A DNA stretch of 64,000 nt from the IMG/VR virus record IMGVR_UViG_3300043411_001076; one strand, given 5' to 3'. Below are positions 9,426 to 18,648 of this stretch, piece after piece. Each line of letters opens with the position of its first letter. The stretch's first letter is position 1. The stretch is from a virus. Taxonomy: Duplodnaviria > Heunggongvirae > Uroviricota > Caudoviricetes. The position numbers and the translations under genes were made by a program. The notes beneath the pieces were generated by a model. It saw only the letters and a program-made list of their open reading frames with translations, did not search any database and had not been told where the DNA came from.

Positions 9426-9683
9426 ATGACTAAGAAAATTGATTTGGAAGATTTAGTTAGATTAAGAAATTCAGAAGTAAATGCAAATAAAGAAAGGATA
9501 AGAACAGGTGTTATTAAAGTATCTGAAGAAAATTACGTACCGAAGGAAGTCAAAGTAAGAGCTTGGATCTCACATTTTCTAGCAACAGTTGAATTAAAGG
9601 ATGATTTTGAAGGTGATTTTGAAGACTTAACAGATCCAAAAATTATATACATTGAACCCCATAGGAAATTAAATCTTTTATGA
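9426..9683 (+). CDS. hypothetical small protein
   Basis: ORF-track start 9411 is TTG; ATG 9426 preceded by GTAGGGAAAAC. Confidence 0.4.
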   Translation: MTKKIDLEDLVRLRNSEVNANKERIRTGVIKVSEENYVPKEVKVRAWISHFLATVELKDDFEGDFEDLTDPKIIYIEPHRKLNLL

Positions 9684-9886
9684 TGAGCTATATGATAGCC
9701 GTAAAGAAAGCAGAAGACTTAGAAAGTCTATGTTCTATTTTAAAAGAAAATAGTATATCTTATAGAAAATCTTTTGATACGTCAGTACGTGTCAATTACA
9801 GTAGTTCATTAGAATTAGGTATTTTACTATCCAAAACAAAAGTAGGATTTGAAATATTTCCTAGTTCAAAACTGGAATTCTTTTAA
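9680..9886 (+). CDS. hypothetical small protein
   Basis: ATGA overlap with upstream gene. Confidence 0.4.
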   Translation: MMSYMIAVKKAEDLESLCSILKENSISYRKSFDTSVRVNYSSSLELGILLSKTKVGFEIFPSSKLEFF

Positions 9887-9901
9887 TAAAGGAAAAAGGC
9901 T

Positions 9902-10282
9902 ATGCTACGAAAAATCTTAAGAGAAGCTTTGCTAAGTGAAAATCCAACAAGTAAACAGTTGGAAACACTTACAAGTAACTTGAAAATGTTTCCAGAAATG
10001 GCAGGTGTTAAAAACACTGAATTTGTAGACGAATTGAGATCTTATCTCATAAAGAATGAAAACGCAAGTATATGGGAAGCAATGCTTTTTTCTTTTCATA
10101 AGCGAATGTTTTTAGCAGAAGGTGGTGACGAAGAAAGCACTGAAAAAGATTGGGAAGAGACGAAATCAGACCTTCTAGGATTCGTAGAGCACACGATGGA
10201 TTTAAGAGCAGAACAAGTATTAGGAAAGAAAATCGAAGAAGAAATGGAAAAGCGGAAGGAAAATCCAACAACAATCCATTAA
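9902..10282 (+). CDS. hypothetical protein, acidic C-terminus
   Basis: SD AAAGGAAAAAGG upstream; followed by GGGGACA/TGTCCCC hairpin. Confidence 0.45.
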   Translation: MLRKILREALLSENPTSKQLETLTSNLKMFPEMAGVKNTEFVDELRSYLIKNENASIWEAMLFSFHKRMFLAEGGDEESTEKDWEETKSDLLGFVEHTMDLRAEQVLGKKIEEEMEKRKENPTTIH

Positions 10283-10291
10283 CCATATGTA

Positions 10292-10316
10292 GGGGACACT
10301 GTCCCCTAATTTATTT
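10292..10316 (+). terminator. hairpin terminator (weak T-run)
   Basis: GGGGACAC-TGTCCCC perfect hairpin then TAATTTATTT. Confidence 0.45.
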
Positions 10317-10414
10317 GGAGTTAACTCCGTAGTCTATTTATAGTGTGTATTACTATACAATACAATTACATGTATCATACTTCCACGACTAACTCACCTA
10401 GAAGAGTAGCATTT

Positions 10415-10891
10415 ATGTCAGAAAAACAGTCTAAGATCAAAAAATTCTTCCATTCAGCCTTTCAAGTTGTGTGGACACCTATAGCCCTACCTATTTTTTT
10501 ATTTACACAGTATATTATGATGTTAGAGAAAAATAGGGCTGATAAATTTAATGCCGAGGAAGATAAAAAGTATAGAACGGAACTAACCAATAAACTTATA
10601 GAGAGATTGAAAAAAGATTTAGAATTATCAGGTCCAAATTGGAAAATACATAGTCTCTCATACGACAATAACAACTATAATCTAGAAAATGATTATTACT
10701 ATTTTACAAGGAATCCAAATTTTACAACTTCGGTTGTCTATACTCTTACAGATAAAATTTCAGGTAAATATAGGCTATTTGAAAATAAACTAAAACATAA
10801 TAAAACCACCAACGAATTTGATATTGTTCTGACAGAAATTCCTTTAGATAAGGAAGAACAGGCATTTGATGATTTGGAAAGTTACTGGTAA
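10415..10891 (+). CDS. membrane protein (one predicted TM helix)
   Basis: ORF-track start 10343 is GTG; ATG 10415 (MSEKQSK); hydrophobic stretch VWTPIALPIFLFTQYIMML. Confidence 0.4.
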   Translation: MSEKQSKIKKFFHSAFQVVWTPIALPIFLFTQYIMMLEKNRADKFNAEEDKKYRTELTNKLIERLKKDLELSGPNWKIHSLSYDNNNYNLENDYYYFTRNPNFTTSVVYTLTDKISGKYRLFENKLKHNKTTNEFDIVLTEIPLDKEEQAFDDLESYW

Positions 10892-10908
10892 TTTATATGG
10901 TTTATGAA

Positions 10909-11187
10909 ATGAATAGAAAAATATACACATCGCCTTATTCGGTTGATATTATATATGACTATGCAACCGCAAAAAATAGTAGGGTACAGAGTTATAGGCA
11001 TAAAAAGAACTACGAAAAGTCTATAGTAACCTATGGAAAATTGGAAGAGAAAAATTATAATACTGCCTATATATTTCATATAGATAATAATAACGGCAAT
11101 TGGGATTCTATGTTTATTGAAAATAATTCAATCTATTCTAATTTTGAAGAAATAAGATTTTTCATTCGACAAACAAGAAAATTATAA
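10909..11187 (+). CDS. small Y-rich protein, tandem paralog family member 1 (MNRK[VI]YT ... TRKL)
   Basis: Shares N-terminal M[ND]RK[VI]YT and C-terminal [FL]TRKLNN with next three ORFs; second ATG chosen to match paralogs. Confidence 0.45.
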   Translation: MNRKIYTSPYSVDIIYDYATAKNSRVQSYRHKKNYEKSIVTYGKLEEKNYNTAYIFHIDNNNGNWDSMFIENNSIYSNFEEIRFFIRQTRKL

Positions 11188-11196
11188 AGGATCTTT

Positions 11197-11484
11197 ATGG
11201 ATAGGAAAGTATATACGACTAAAGAGGAAGTGGACTTTGCTTATAATTACGGATTAGTGGAATCGATTTATGGTGTAAAAGATGGAAGACCTTTAAAATC
11301 TATCTTAACATACGAAAATAGAAAATCACGCGAATACTTAGGCTATCCGCATAATTTGGATAACGAGATAAATAATTTATCTTCGACATCTCCCAGGTCG
11401 TTACCCCCTATTTTTAGATCCAACTTAACTAAAGAACGCTATCATTTTAGACTTACTAGAAAATTAAATAATAGGATAGGTTAA
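11197..11484 (+). CDS. small protein, tandem paralog family member 2
   Basis: MDRKVYTT...FRLTRKLNN. Confidence 0.45.
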   Translation: MDRKVYTTKEEVDFAYNYGLVESIYGVKDGRPLKSILTYENRKSREYLGYPHNLDNEINNLSSTSPRSLPPIFRSNLTKERYHFRLTRKLNNRIG

Positions 11485-11792
11485 TGGATGAGAAAGAAGA
11501 AATACGCAGAGTAGTCTATACATCTAGAATACAGGTGGAAGGTCCATTTAAATATGACGATATAAAATTATATGATAAATTAAAACGATATGACGAAAGC
11601 CGATTCTCTAATCTAACTTATAGTAAAAAAGAACAGTTACATATAGGAAATCCAGGGAATTTAAATGATGGTGGTAACAAGTACTCTACTTCTCCTGACT
11701 ATTATTTAGATATGTCTATTGAAGACGGACATTTTAGCGATGTCAGGTTGTTTAAAAGATTAAAGAGAAGATTACCAACTAACAAGGTATAA
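11484..11792 (+). CDS. small protein, divergent tandem paralog family member 3
   Basis: RRVVYTS...RLFKRLKRRL; weaker similarity. Confidence 0.4.
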   Translation: MDEKEEIRRVVYTSRIQVEGPFKYDDIKLYDKLKRYDESRFSNLTYSKKEQLHIGNPGNLNDGGNKYSTSPDYYLDMSIEDGHFSDVRLFKRLKRRLPTNKV

Positions 11793-11796
11793 AATA

Positions 11797-12087
11797 ATGA
11801 ATAGAAAAGTTTATACTGATATAATGCCTATTGCATATGTCTATGACTATGCTAATGTGTTCAATAGTACACTATGTGATTATAAATACAAAAAAGGATA
11901 TGTAGGAAAATCCATTATATCTCATGAACAGAGGAAAGAACAAGATTACACATATGCCTATAAATATGCTTTAGATAACGATTATAGTAATTGGGATGCT
12001 ATGTCACCTCAAAATGACGTTCCTTATTCTGGCTTCGGAAAAATGCGATATTTCTTTAATTTGACAAGGAAATTAAATAATGGCTGA
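11797..12087 (+). CDS. small protein, tandem paralog family member 4
   Basis: MNRKVYTD...FNLTRKLNNG. Confidence 0.45.
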   Translation: MNRKVYTDIMPIAYVYDYANVFNSTLCDYKYKKGYVGKSIISHEQRKEQDYTYAYKYALDNDYSNWDAMSPQNDVPYSGFGKMRYFFNLTRKLNNG

Positions 12088-12283
12088 AATCATATCAGAT
12101 GGGAATAAAAGAACATGTATATGTAATCGTTGTAGAAGTACAATCTCATACAATCTATCAGAAATTGTTTATTACGATAGTAAATTCTCAATTTTAGGCA
12201 CAGTAACAGCACTGTTAGAATGCCCTTCATGTCGAAATATGATTAACTTGGATAAACAGGAAAGAAAGAAAAGGGGACTGTAA
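12080..12283 (+). CDS. zinc-ribbon protein (CxxC...CxxC)
   Basis: CICNRC ... CPSCRN. Confidence 0.45.
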   Translation: MAEIISDGNKRTCICNRCRSTISYNLSEIVYYDSKFSILGTVTALLECPSCRNMINLDKQERKKRGL

Positions 12284-12568
12284 ATGCAAAACTTTATACC
12301 AACTGAAGTACATTTATATAAAGACATGTTAGATGATAGGGTACGTTCTCGTATAGGACATTCCTTAAATGCATGGGCAATTAAAGATTTTGCACGAATA
12401 AATAGCCGTAAACGTAGTTTAATAAATAGAAAAGAAATTATTTATTATTCTAAAGATTCTCGTGGTTCTTATGATAATAAACTAGATGAAAGGACTTCCG
12501 AAAGTAAGTCAAGATTTAGTCCAATCACAGTTCAGAGAATAACACATCATTATAATTCCTTATTTTAA
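12284..12568 (+). CDS. hypothetical protein
   Basis: ORF adjacent (stop/start abutting). Confidence 0.4.
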   Translation: MQNFIPTEVHLYKDMLDDRVRSRIGHSLNAWAIKDFARINSRKRSLINRKEIIYYSKDSRGSYDNKLDERTSESKSRFSPITVQRITHHYNSLF

Positions 12569-12582
12569 GGAAAGGAAGTAAA

Positions 12583-13197
12583 ATGAATCCACCTCAATAT
12601 GGTCCTTTTAGGACAGATAGTACAGAAGGTCTTGCTTTTGATACTATTCATGTATTAAATAAAAAAATAGAAACATATATGAGGACTAATTCTAAAACAA
12701 AATCTGATATAGATTATCAAAAAATGAGAGAGACACTTGACACAGATCTGAAATCCTGTGGATGTGATACTTGTCTTTCTTATCTAAAAGATATTTCCTT
12801 AATATCAGAGGATGAAGACCTTACTTGGAAATTTTTAATAGATCATTATCCTTGGCTAATTGCCAGATCTTATGGTGAGAATGTTACTTTTATTGTGTTA
12901 AAACCCTGCATTATATCTTCAGCACTTGGAACAATGTCAGCACGTTATTTATGGTCTTATTATCTACCTCAAGGAAGATGCCCTAATCGGTATTATAATT
13001 GGAATACGAAGGAATACGGTGAACCTGTTACACGCGGTTCTCTAGTTTTGCAAGTACCTCTTGAAGGAATGGTTCAGAGAAAACCTAAAATGGTTTTTAA
13101 TGAAGAAGTCCTAATTAAATGCTTATCTTTAGTTTACACTCTGAATCATGATCTTCAAGTTTTTGTCGATTCAACCCATGATCCTATCAAACCTTAA
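12583..13197 (+). CDS. hypothetical protein (204 aa)
   Basis: SD TTAAGGAAAGGAAG upstream. Confidence 0.5.
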   Translation: MNPPQYGPFRTDSTEGLAFDTIHVLNKKIETYMRTNSKTKSDIDYQKMRETLDTDLKSCGCDTCLSYLKDISLISEDEDLTWKFLIDHYPWLIARSYGENVTFIVLKPCIISSALGTMSARYLWSYYLPQGRCPNRYYNWNTKEYGEPVTRGSLVLQVPLEGMVQRKPKMVFNEEVLIKCLSLVYTLNHDLQVFVDSTHDPIKP

Positions 13198-13242
13198 AAA
13201 TGATTTACCATCTTCTATTTATTTTAATATACTATAATGCAA

Positions 13243-13270
13243 GACAGGGTTGTTAATTAACAATCCTGTC
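13243..13270. promoter_or_regulatory. 28-bp near-perfect palindrome (possible terminator/operator)
   Basis: GACAGGGTTGTTAA|TTAACAATCCTGTC, one G-T mismatch, no T-run. Confidence 0.4.
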
Positions 13271-13303
13271 AATTCTTAACAAGAAAAAAGAAGGAACTTT
13301 TTT

Positions 13304-14194
13304 ATGAAAGAAATCAGTGTTATCGGACTGCTATTTTGTACAATGATTCTAACAGGTTGCGGTGAGCGTGTCTCGATTCAGCCTGGGGAGGTAGGCAAGC
13401 AGCTTACAACAGATGGATTGGAAAAGGATATTCGTAGACCAGGAGCGTTCCGAATGGAACAATGTTGGATCGTAGCTTGTCCACGGCTTGTGCGTCTGCA
13501 AGTACAGAAGGCAACGAAACAATTCAAAATTGATAAACTTCTCCTAATGAAGTCGAATGTAGACTTATCTAATGTAGAAGTCGGTGTTCAGTTTCAGGTA
13601 AAGGATAATGAAGAGGCAATTAATCGTATCTTTGAAGAGGTTCGTCCAGTAGCTGCCTCATCGATTGAGGGTGAAAGTCTATCTGGTAGTTCAGTGTTAA
13701 TTATTACGACTGACATGTTATATAGTACCTATATTGAACGTAAAGCGCCAGATGCTGTTATTTCCGCTCTACGAGAATATACAGTTGAAGAGGCTATGGC
13801 AAAAACTCCAGAAATTGCCAAGTATGCTAAAGATAAAGTCAATGAGATGTTAAAAGACACTCCCATTGAGATTACAGAACTTGGTTTCCCTAATGGGGCT
13901 GGAGAACCACCTCCAGAGGTACTTGAAGCGAAGCGTAAATACTTTGTTGTCGAAGAGGAAACCGCACGTACTCTAAAGAAGTATGAAGCAGCTATCGAAA
14001 TTGAAAAAGCCAGACAAGCTGTTCAGAGAACACGTGTTTCAAACGATCTTGAAAATGCGGAAAAAGCAGGCATACCGTTTGGACTTTATGTTCTTCTGAA
14101 AAACATGGAACGATTTGCAGAGGAAGGTGTTCCTCTCGGTTATGTTCCAATTCAAGCATTTATGGAGCATGGTCAATGCACGCAATCTTTGTAA
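13304..14194 (+). CDS. lipoprotein, SPFH/band-7-like domain (tentative)
   Basis: Signal peptide + lipobox MKEISVIGLLFCTMILTGC; central beta-rich region and C-terminal coiled-coil EAAIEIEKARQAVQRT resemble prohibitin/stomatin family. Confidence 0.5.
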   Translation: MKEISVIGLLFCTMILTGCGERVSIQPGEVGKQLTTDGLEKDIRRPGAFRMEQCWIVACPRLVRLQVQKATKQFKIDKLLLMKSNVDLSNVEVGVQFQVKDNEEAINRIFEEVRPVAASSIEGESLSGSSVLIITTDMLYSTYIERKAPDAVISALREYTVEEAMAKTPEIAKYAKDKVNEMLKDTPIEITELGFPNGAGEPPPEVLEAKRKYFVVEEETARTLKKYEAAIEIEKARQAVQRTRVSNDLENAEKAGIPFGLYVLLKNMERFAEEGVPLGYVPIQAFMEHGQCTQSL

Positions 14195-14541
14195 TTCCTA
14201 GTGGACTTCTTGGTTTTTGCCTACTTATCTTCTTCTTACAAATCTTTTGGTTCGGAGATGTTCCAAAGAAAGTGAGAAAGAAGATAAAGAGAGTAAATTA
14301 CAGTGTCGCAACTATGGCTACACTTTGGATTGTCTGCTTTGTAGCCTTAGCTCATACAAAAGTAATTGACGTGGCCTTGCCTTGGGATAAACAGCCAATG
14401 GCTGAAAATCTTCCAAAGAGAGGTCAAGACCCACAAGTACCAATCCCTGTTGATCCAGGTAATGTTGAAAAACCTTCTCCTCTAAAAGACGAGAAGGAAA
14501 ATAACAAAGAGATTATTAAAGAATTGGATAACAGTCACTGA
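14176..14541 (+). CDS. small membrane protein (2 TM) with Pro-rich tail
   Basis: Hydrophobic segments FVIPSGLLGFCLLIFFLQIFWF and ATMATLWIVCFVALA. Confidence 0.45.
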   Translation: MHAIFVIPSGLLGFCLLIFFLQIFWFGDVPKKVRKKIKRVNYSVATMATLWIVCFVALAHTKVIDVALPWDKQPMAENLPKRGQDPQVPIPVDPGNVEKPSPLKDEKENNKEIIKELDNSH

Positions 14542-14564
14542 CCTTACATGTAGGTCAACAACAA

Positions 14565-14603
14565 AAGGCAGAGGACGTAAAAATTCTCTGCCTTTTTATT
14601 TTT
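14565..14603 (+). terminator. intrinsic terminator
   Basis: AAGGCAGAG...CTCTGCCTT hairpin then TTTTTATTTTT. Confidence 0.65.
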
Positions 14604-14614
14604 AAGGAACGAAA

Positions 14615-15553
14615 ATGGATACTGAAAAGATGGTAGGACAGCCATATCTACACTTCAAAGGAAATATCTACACAGTATTAGGATTCTGTAATGTAGACTT
14701 TGGAGGTAATTCAGACGTACTTCATGTAATCTATTGTGATTACATTAAGAGATTACAGGCAACTGATAATCTAGCCTTTCATACTGAAAGCTTATCTGCC
14801 TATAATATAGACAAAGACCTGACTATTCCATTGTCTCACTTTTATAAGGCTACAAGGGAGATTGGTAAATATGAAGAGGAGACAGATTTAACTAGAGAAT
14901 GTCGATCCACGTTTCAACATACCTGGATTAGACCTTTACAGTCATTTACGGATATCCTTGAGGATGGAACTCCTAGATTTAAACAATGTTTAAATTCTAA
15001 AGAATACTGGAAAGTATTTCACATAAGAAATCATTCAGCACCTCATACTTACCAAGATCATACCTACGAAGAATTCCCTATATACTGTGAAGATGATTTA
15101 AATACGGAAGATAACCAATTGCAAGTTAAAATTAATTTATTTAGGAATCTATTCTCAGAAAAAGGACCGGGAATTTACTATTTACAGAATGGTTCTATCC
15201 GTTATTTAGAAAATACAGAGCGTAATAATTATAAAACAACATCTGAACAGTTGTTTGTCAATGCCTCTTATTATAATGACTATTTTGATCATCCAAATGA
15301 TAAAAATAGAGTCACTGTGAACAAGATATCTACTATTGATATTCTAAAAGTCCTATCCCATTTCAATCTATGGGATACGGAGAAGGTGAATAAGCACGTT
15401 GCTCAAATTCAATTTATCCAAAAATGGTTTGAGTATCAAATCACAGTAGATGATTCAAGAAAATTTACATATGATACGCGAAATAATGTTATAGCAAATA
15501 TTCCAGAAAATATATTGGCGTCACTTCTAAGAAAGTTCAAGATTATCTTATAA
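14615..15553 (+). CDS. hypothetical protein with N-terminal DUF1653-like segment
   Basis: YLHFKGNIYTVLGFCN...VLHVIYCDY resembles DUF1653 consensus (YRHYKGxxYxVL...). Confidence 0.5.
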   Translation: MDTEKMVGQPYLHFKGNIYTVLGFCNVDFGGNSDVLHVIYCDYIKRLQATDNLAFHTESLSAYNIDKDLTIPLSHFYKATREIGKYEEETDLTRECRSTFQHTWIRPLQSFTDILEDGTPRFKQCLNSKEYWKVFHIRNHSAPHTYQDHTYEEFPIYCEDDLNTEDNQLQVKINLFRNLFSEKGPGIYYLQNGSIRYLENTERNNYKTTSEQLFVNASYYNDYFDHPNDKNRVTVNKISTIDILKVLSHFNLWDTEKVNKHVAQIQFIQKWFEYQITVDDSRKFTYDTRNNVIANIPENILASLLRKFKIIL

Positions 15554-15564
15554 AGGAAATAACT

Positions 15565-16596
15565 ATGGATGCAGAAAGAATAATAAATCTAGCTATAGCT
15601 GGTGATACCAGTATAAAAGAAGAATTAAATTCAAGAGCAAAAAGAACAAGTGACCCGTTCTTAAAGTGTTTTAATGAGATATACAGACTGAAACCTGCAT
15701 CTCTAGTGGATCATACTGACGAAAAGTTTTCAGAGTATAGCAAATATGGATCAGTTATAGGTAAATATGAAAAGTCCATAGATACAATGTCGGAACAAGA
15801 AATAGATTATTTAGATAAGATCTCCACAAAGTTAGTCCCCGTTTATAAACGAAAAATACATAATAAAAGAAATATGTCATTATCATTTCCAAGTAGGAAC
15901 GTCCTGTTATTGTGTAAACACCTACACATAAAGAACGCAAACTATTTTGATTATTTAGGATGCCTGGAGCCGTTAGGTGGTGAGTGTGCTATAACTTTTA
16001 GTAGTAATACTCCGTTATTTGAAAAGTATTTAGATCCTCTACTGCATGTAGTGGGGGATATTAGATACCTAAATCTAGGTATTTCTTTTAGAAGTCAAAA
16101 AACCCTAGAAAGGGCATGGAGATTAAACCATTTAGATACTTTCATATCTAATGAAGAGTGGTATGTTGATAGATATGCTAATAAGTTAACAAACTATTTG
16201 AGTACTATAAGTTCTATAAAAATAATGAAAATACACGCAAATTGTTTACAGGTATTACCTACCACATGTTCTATTGAAAATTTACATATTCACAGTCTAA
16301 CAAAAAGAATGCTTTTAAAGTTAGACAAAGACGTGAAAATAGATAAATTAATAATTACGGATGAAGTATCCTATATTGATAAAGAAACAGTAAAATGTAT
16401 TATTTCTCTGATAGAAGATTATCCTAATATAAAAGTATTGAGATTATCTTACACAGAATGTATCGATTACACTTCTTATTCTAGGGATGACGAAAATATA
16501 AATAGATTAAAGGATACTATGAAATACTATCATAGTAAAGCTAAAAGAACTAACTATACTAGTTATGGTTATTATGAAGATGATTTACACGATTAA
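15565..16596 (+). CDS. MDxERL paralog family protein 1 (leucine-rich C-terminal region)
   Basis: N-terminal MDAERIINLAIAGD...KRTSDPFLK and YKRK motif shared with four downstream paralogs. Confidence 0.6.
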   Translation: MDAERIINLAIAGDTSIKEELNSRAKRTSDPFLKCFNEIYRLKPASLVDHTDEKFSEYSKYGSVIGKYEKSIDTMSEQEIDYLDKISTKLVPVYKRKIHNKRNMSLSFPSRNVLLLCKHLHIKNANYFDYLGCLEPLGGECAITFSSNTPLFEKYLDPLLHVVGDIRYLNLGISFRSQKTLERAWRLNHLDTFISNEEWYVDRYANKLTNYLSTISSIKIMKIHANCLQVLPTTCSIENLHIHSLTKRMLLKLDKDVKIDKLIITDEVSYIDKETVKCIISLIEDYPNIKVLRLSYTECIDYTSYSRDDENINRLKDTMKYYHSKAKRTNYTSYGYYEDDLHD

Positions 16597-16611
16597 ATTA
16601 AGGAATAAAAA

Positions 16612-17607
16612 ATGGACATTGAGAGACTCTTACATTTGGCGTTAGAAGGTGACACAGGAGTAGTAGGTGACATTAAAAAATACGCTAAAAGGACAGACGA
16701 CATCTTCACAAAATACTTTTCAACTATATTATCCTTAAAAGGATCTACCGTAATAGATAGTATTAAACAACGCCTGTTAGTATCAAATTCTAAATTTGGT
16801 ACTAACTTACAAAAGCTAGATAATTTACATTACTTATCTAACATCTCGTCAGATAATCTTATTTTACTAAATAAATTAGCTGATATGAAAGTTCCTTATT
16901 ATAAGAGAAAGTTTAGTAATCACTATGAGACTTCAAATAATTCATACCCAAACAAAAGGGCTGTGACCTTATTTAGACACTTGCAGATAAATACTCAGGA
17001 CTATGTGAGACACTTTTTCACAGACGACTTTTTTGAAATATTTGCAGAGGGCGATTATGCTCTATCTTTAGATCTAAAATCAAAGAATCTAAATGATATC
17101 CAGACATCTCATATCCTGTCTAGATTTTCTAATCTAAAATTTCTTGATATGAATTCCTATACTATAGGAAATATTGAAGAATCTGAATATGCTAGTTTAA
17201 TGTCTAAACTAGATGTGTTAATTGTAAAAGATAGTTATCCTATAGAAAGGATACTTATGACTTATACTGGAACTAAAAAAGTAGAATACCGATTAAAGCA
17301 GTTATTAGAATATTTAGCCAATAAAGAAATTGGACTTTCACATCTATATCTAGATTCAAATAAAATAAGGTTGCTTCCGAAAAAAGGACATATAAAATGT
17401 CTCTATGTTTATAGGTATACTGATGAGTTATGTTCCATACCAAAAGATTTAAATATAGATGTCGTGGTTATTAATAATCTTGGGAGTCATACTTATTTTC
17501 CAAGAATCGATAAGCTATTAAAGGATAAACCAAATATAAAAGATGTAGATTTTGACCTACAAGGAGTTAGGCGATCCTATAAACTATATAGTGCATATTG
17601 TGTGTAA
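16612..17607 (+). CDS. MDxERL paralog family protein 2
   Basis: MDIERLLHLALEGD...KRTDDIFTK...YYKRK. Confidence 0.6.
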   Translation: MDIERLLHLALEGDTGVVGDIKKYAKRTDDIFTKYFSTILSLKGSTVIDSIKQRLLVSNSKFGTNLQKLDNLHYLSNISSDNLILLNKLADMKVPYYKRKFSNHYETSNNSYPNKRAVTLFRHLQINTQDYVRHFFTDDFFEIFAEGDYALSLDLKSKNLNDIQTSHILSRFSNLKFLDMNSYTIGNIEESEYASLMSKLDVLIVKDSYPIERILMTYTGTKKVEYRLKQLLEYLANKEIGLSHLYLDSNKIRLLPKKGHIKCLYVYRYTDELCSIPKDLNIDVVVINNLGSHTYFPRIDKLLKDKPNIKDVDFDLQGVRRSYKLYSAYCV

Positions 17608-17638
17608 TTCTGGTTATTCTTACACATAAGGAAGTAAG

Positions 17639-18646
17639 ATGGATATAGAAAGGTTGATAGAACTTTATGTTTTCGGTGACAATTCAGTTATACCCTTAAT
17701 AAAAAAGGAATCAAGTAGAAGAAATGATCCCTACTTAAAATTAATTACTAGTTTCATGGCCATGAGAGGCTCATGCTATATTGGGACTCTAGACTATACA
17801 AACTACTCGACATTTGCAGGAGTTATTGCAAAATACAGTGATGCTCTAAAAGACTTCTCATCAGATCAAATGAGAATATTGGAGTTAGTCTGTGAAGGAA
17901 TACCGACGTTTAAGAGAAAATGTCCTATTGATATCCCATTATCTAATAATAGTCTATCCCTTTGTAGGCAGTTTAAGATACAAACGCGAAGAATGTTGAA
18001 TTCTTTATTAGCGGCAAGTAGTTTATTAAATAACCAAAAAGAAATAGATATTGCTTACGAACTAAGAATCCCCCATTATCAACTTAACATATATGAAGAT
18101 ATTATTAAGCTATATGGTATTCAGAAAGGGGTGTTAAAATGGTTTCATTCAGATAATACAATATTTAATAAGTTAATGGACCAGCAGTATGACTTATTTA
18201 ATAATATAGAGTTATTATCCATTGATTATTACCAGGATAGTCAAAGTTATAGGTATCAAAGACTAGATAAATTAAAACATCTGATATTTTCAGGTTATAA
18301 TATAAATTCCACTTTTGATACTTTTAAATTCAAAAATAAGCTAGATATTATAAGTATAAAATCTATCGAAACGGTTAATAAATTACATTACTCAACAAGA
18401 TGTTCAATTATAAAAGTGGAAGAAAAAATATTTTTACGGTACAGCAGTATGGAACTTTCTGGGAGATTACGAAAAATCAAGGAAACTTTATCCTATTTTA
18501 ATGATACCCTTAAAGATGTTGACTCTATACAGATCACTTTCCACTGTTGGATAAATAAAAACCACGCTCACAATACATTTTTAATAGATCGTAGTAAGAC
18601 AATCGAAGAACACATGGATGCAATAAACCAGCTATTTAAAGAGTAA
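17639..18646 (+). CDS. MDxERL paralog family protein 3
   Basis: MDIERLIELYVFGD...RRNDPYLK...FKRK. Confidence 0.6.
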   Translation: MDIERLIELYVFGDNSVIPLIKKESSRRNDPYLKLITSFMAMRGSCYIGTLDYTNYSTFAGVIAKYSDALKDFSSDQMRILELVCEGIPTFKRKCPIDIPLSNNSLSLCRQFKIQTRRMLNSLLAASSLLNNQKEIDIAYELRIPHYQLNIYEDIIKLYGIQKGVLKWFHSDNTIFNKLMDQQYDLFNNIELLSIDYYQDSQSYRYQRLDKLKHLIFSGYNINSTFDTFKFKNKLDIISIKSIETVNKLHYSTRCSIIKVEEKIFLRYSSMELSGRLRKIKETLSYFNDTLKDVDSIQITFHCWINKNHAHNTFLIDRSKTIEEHMDAINQLFKE

Positions 18647-18648
18647 GT

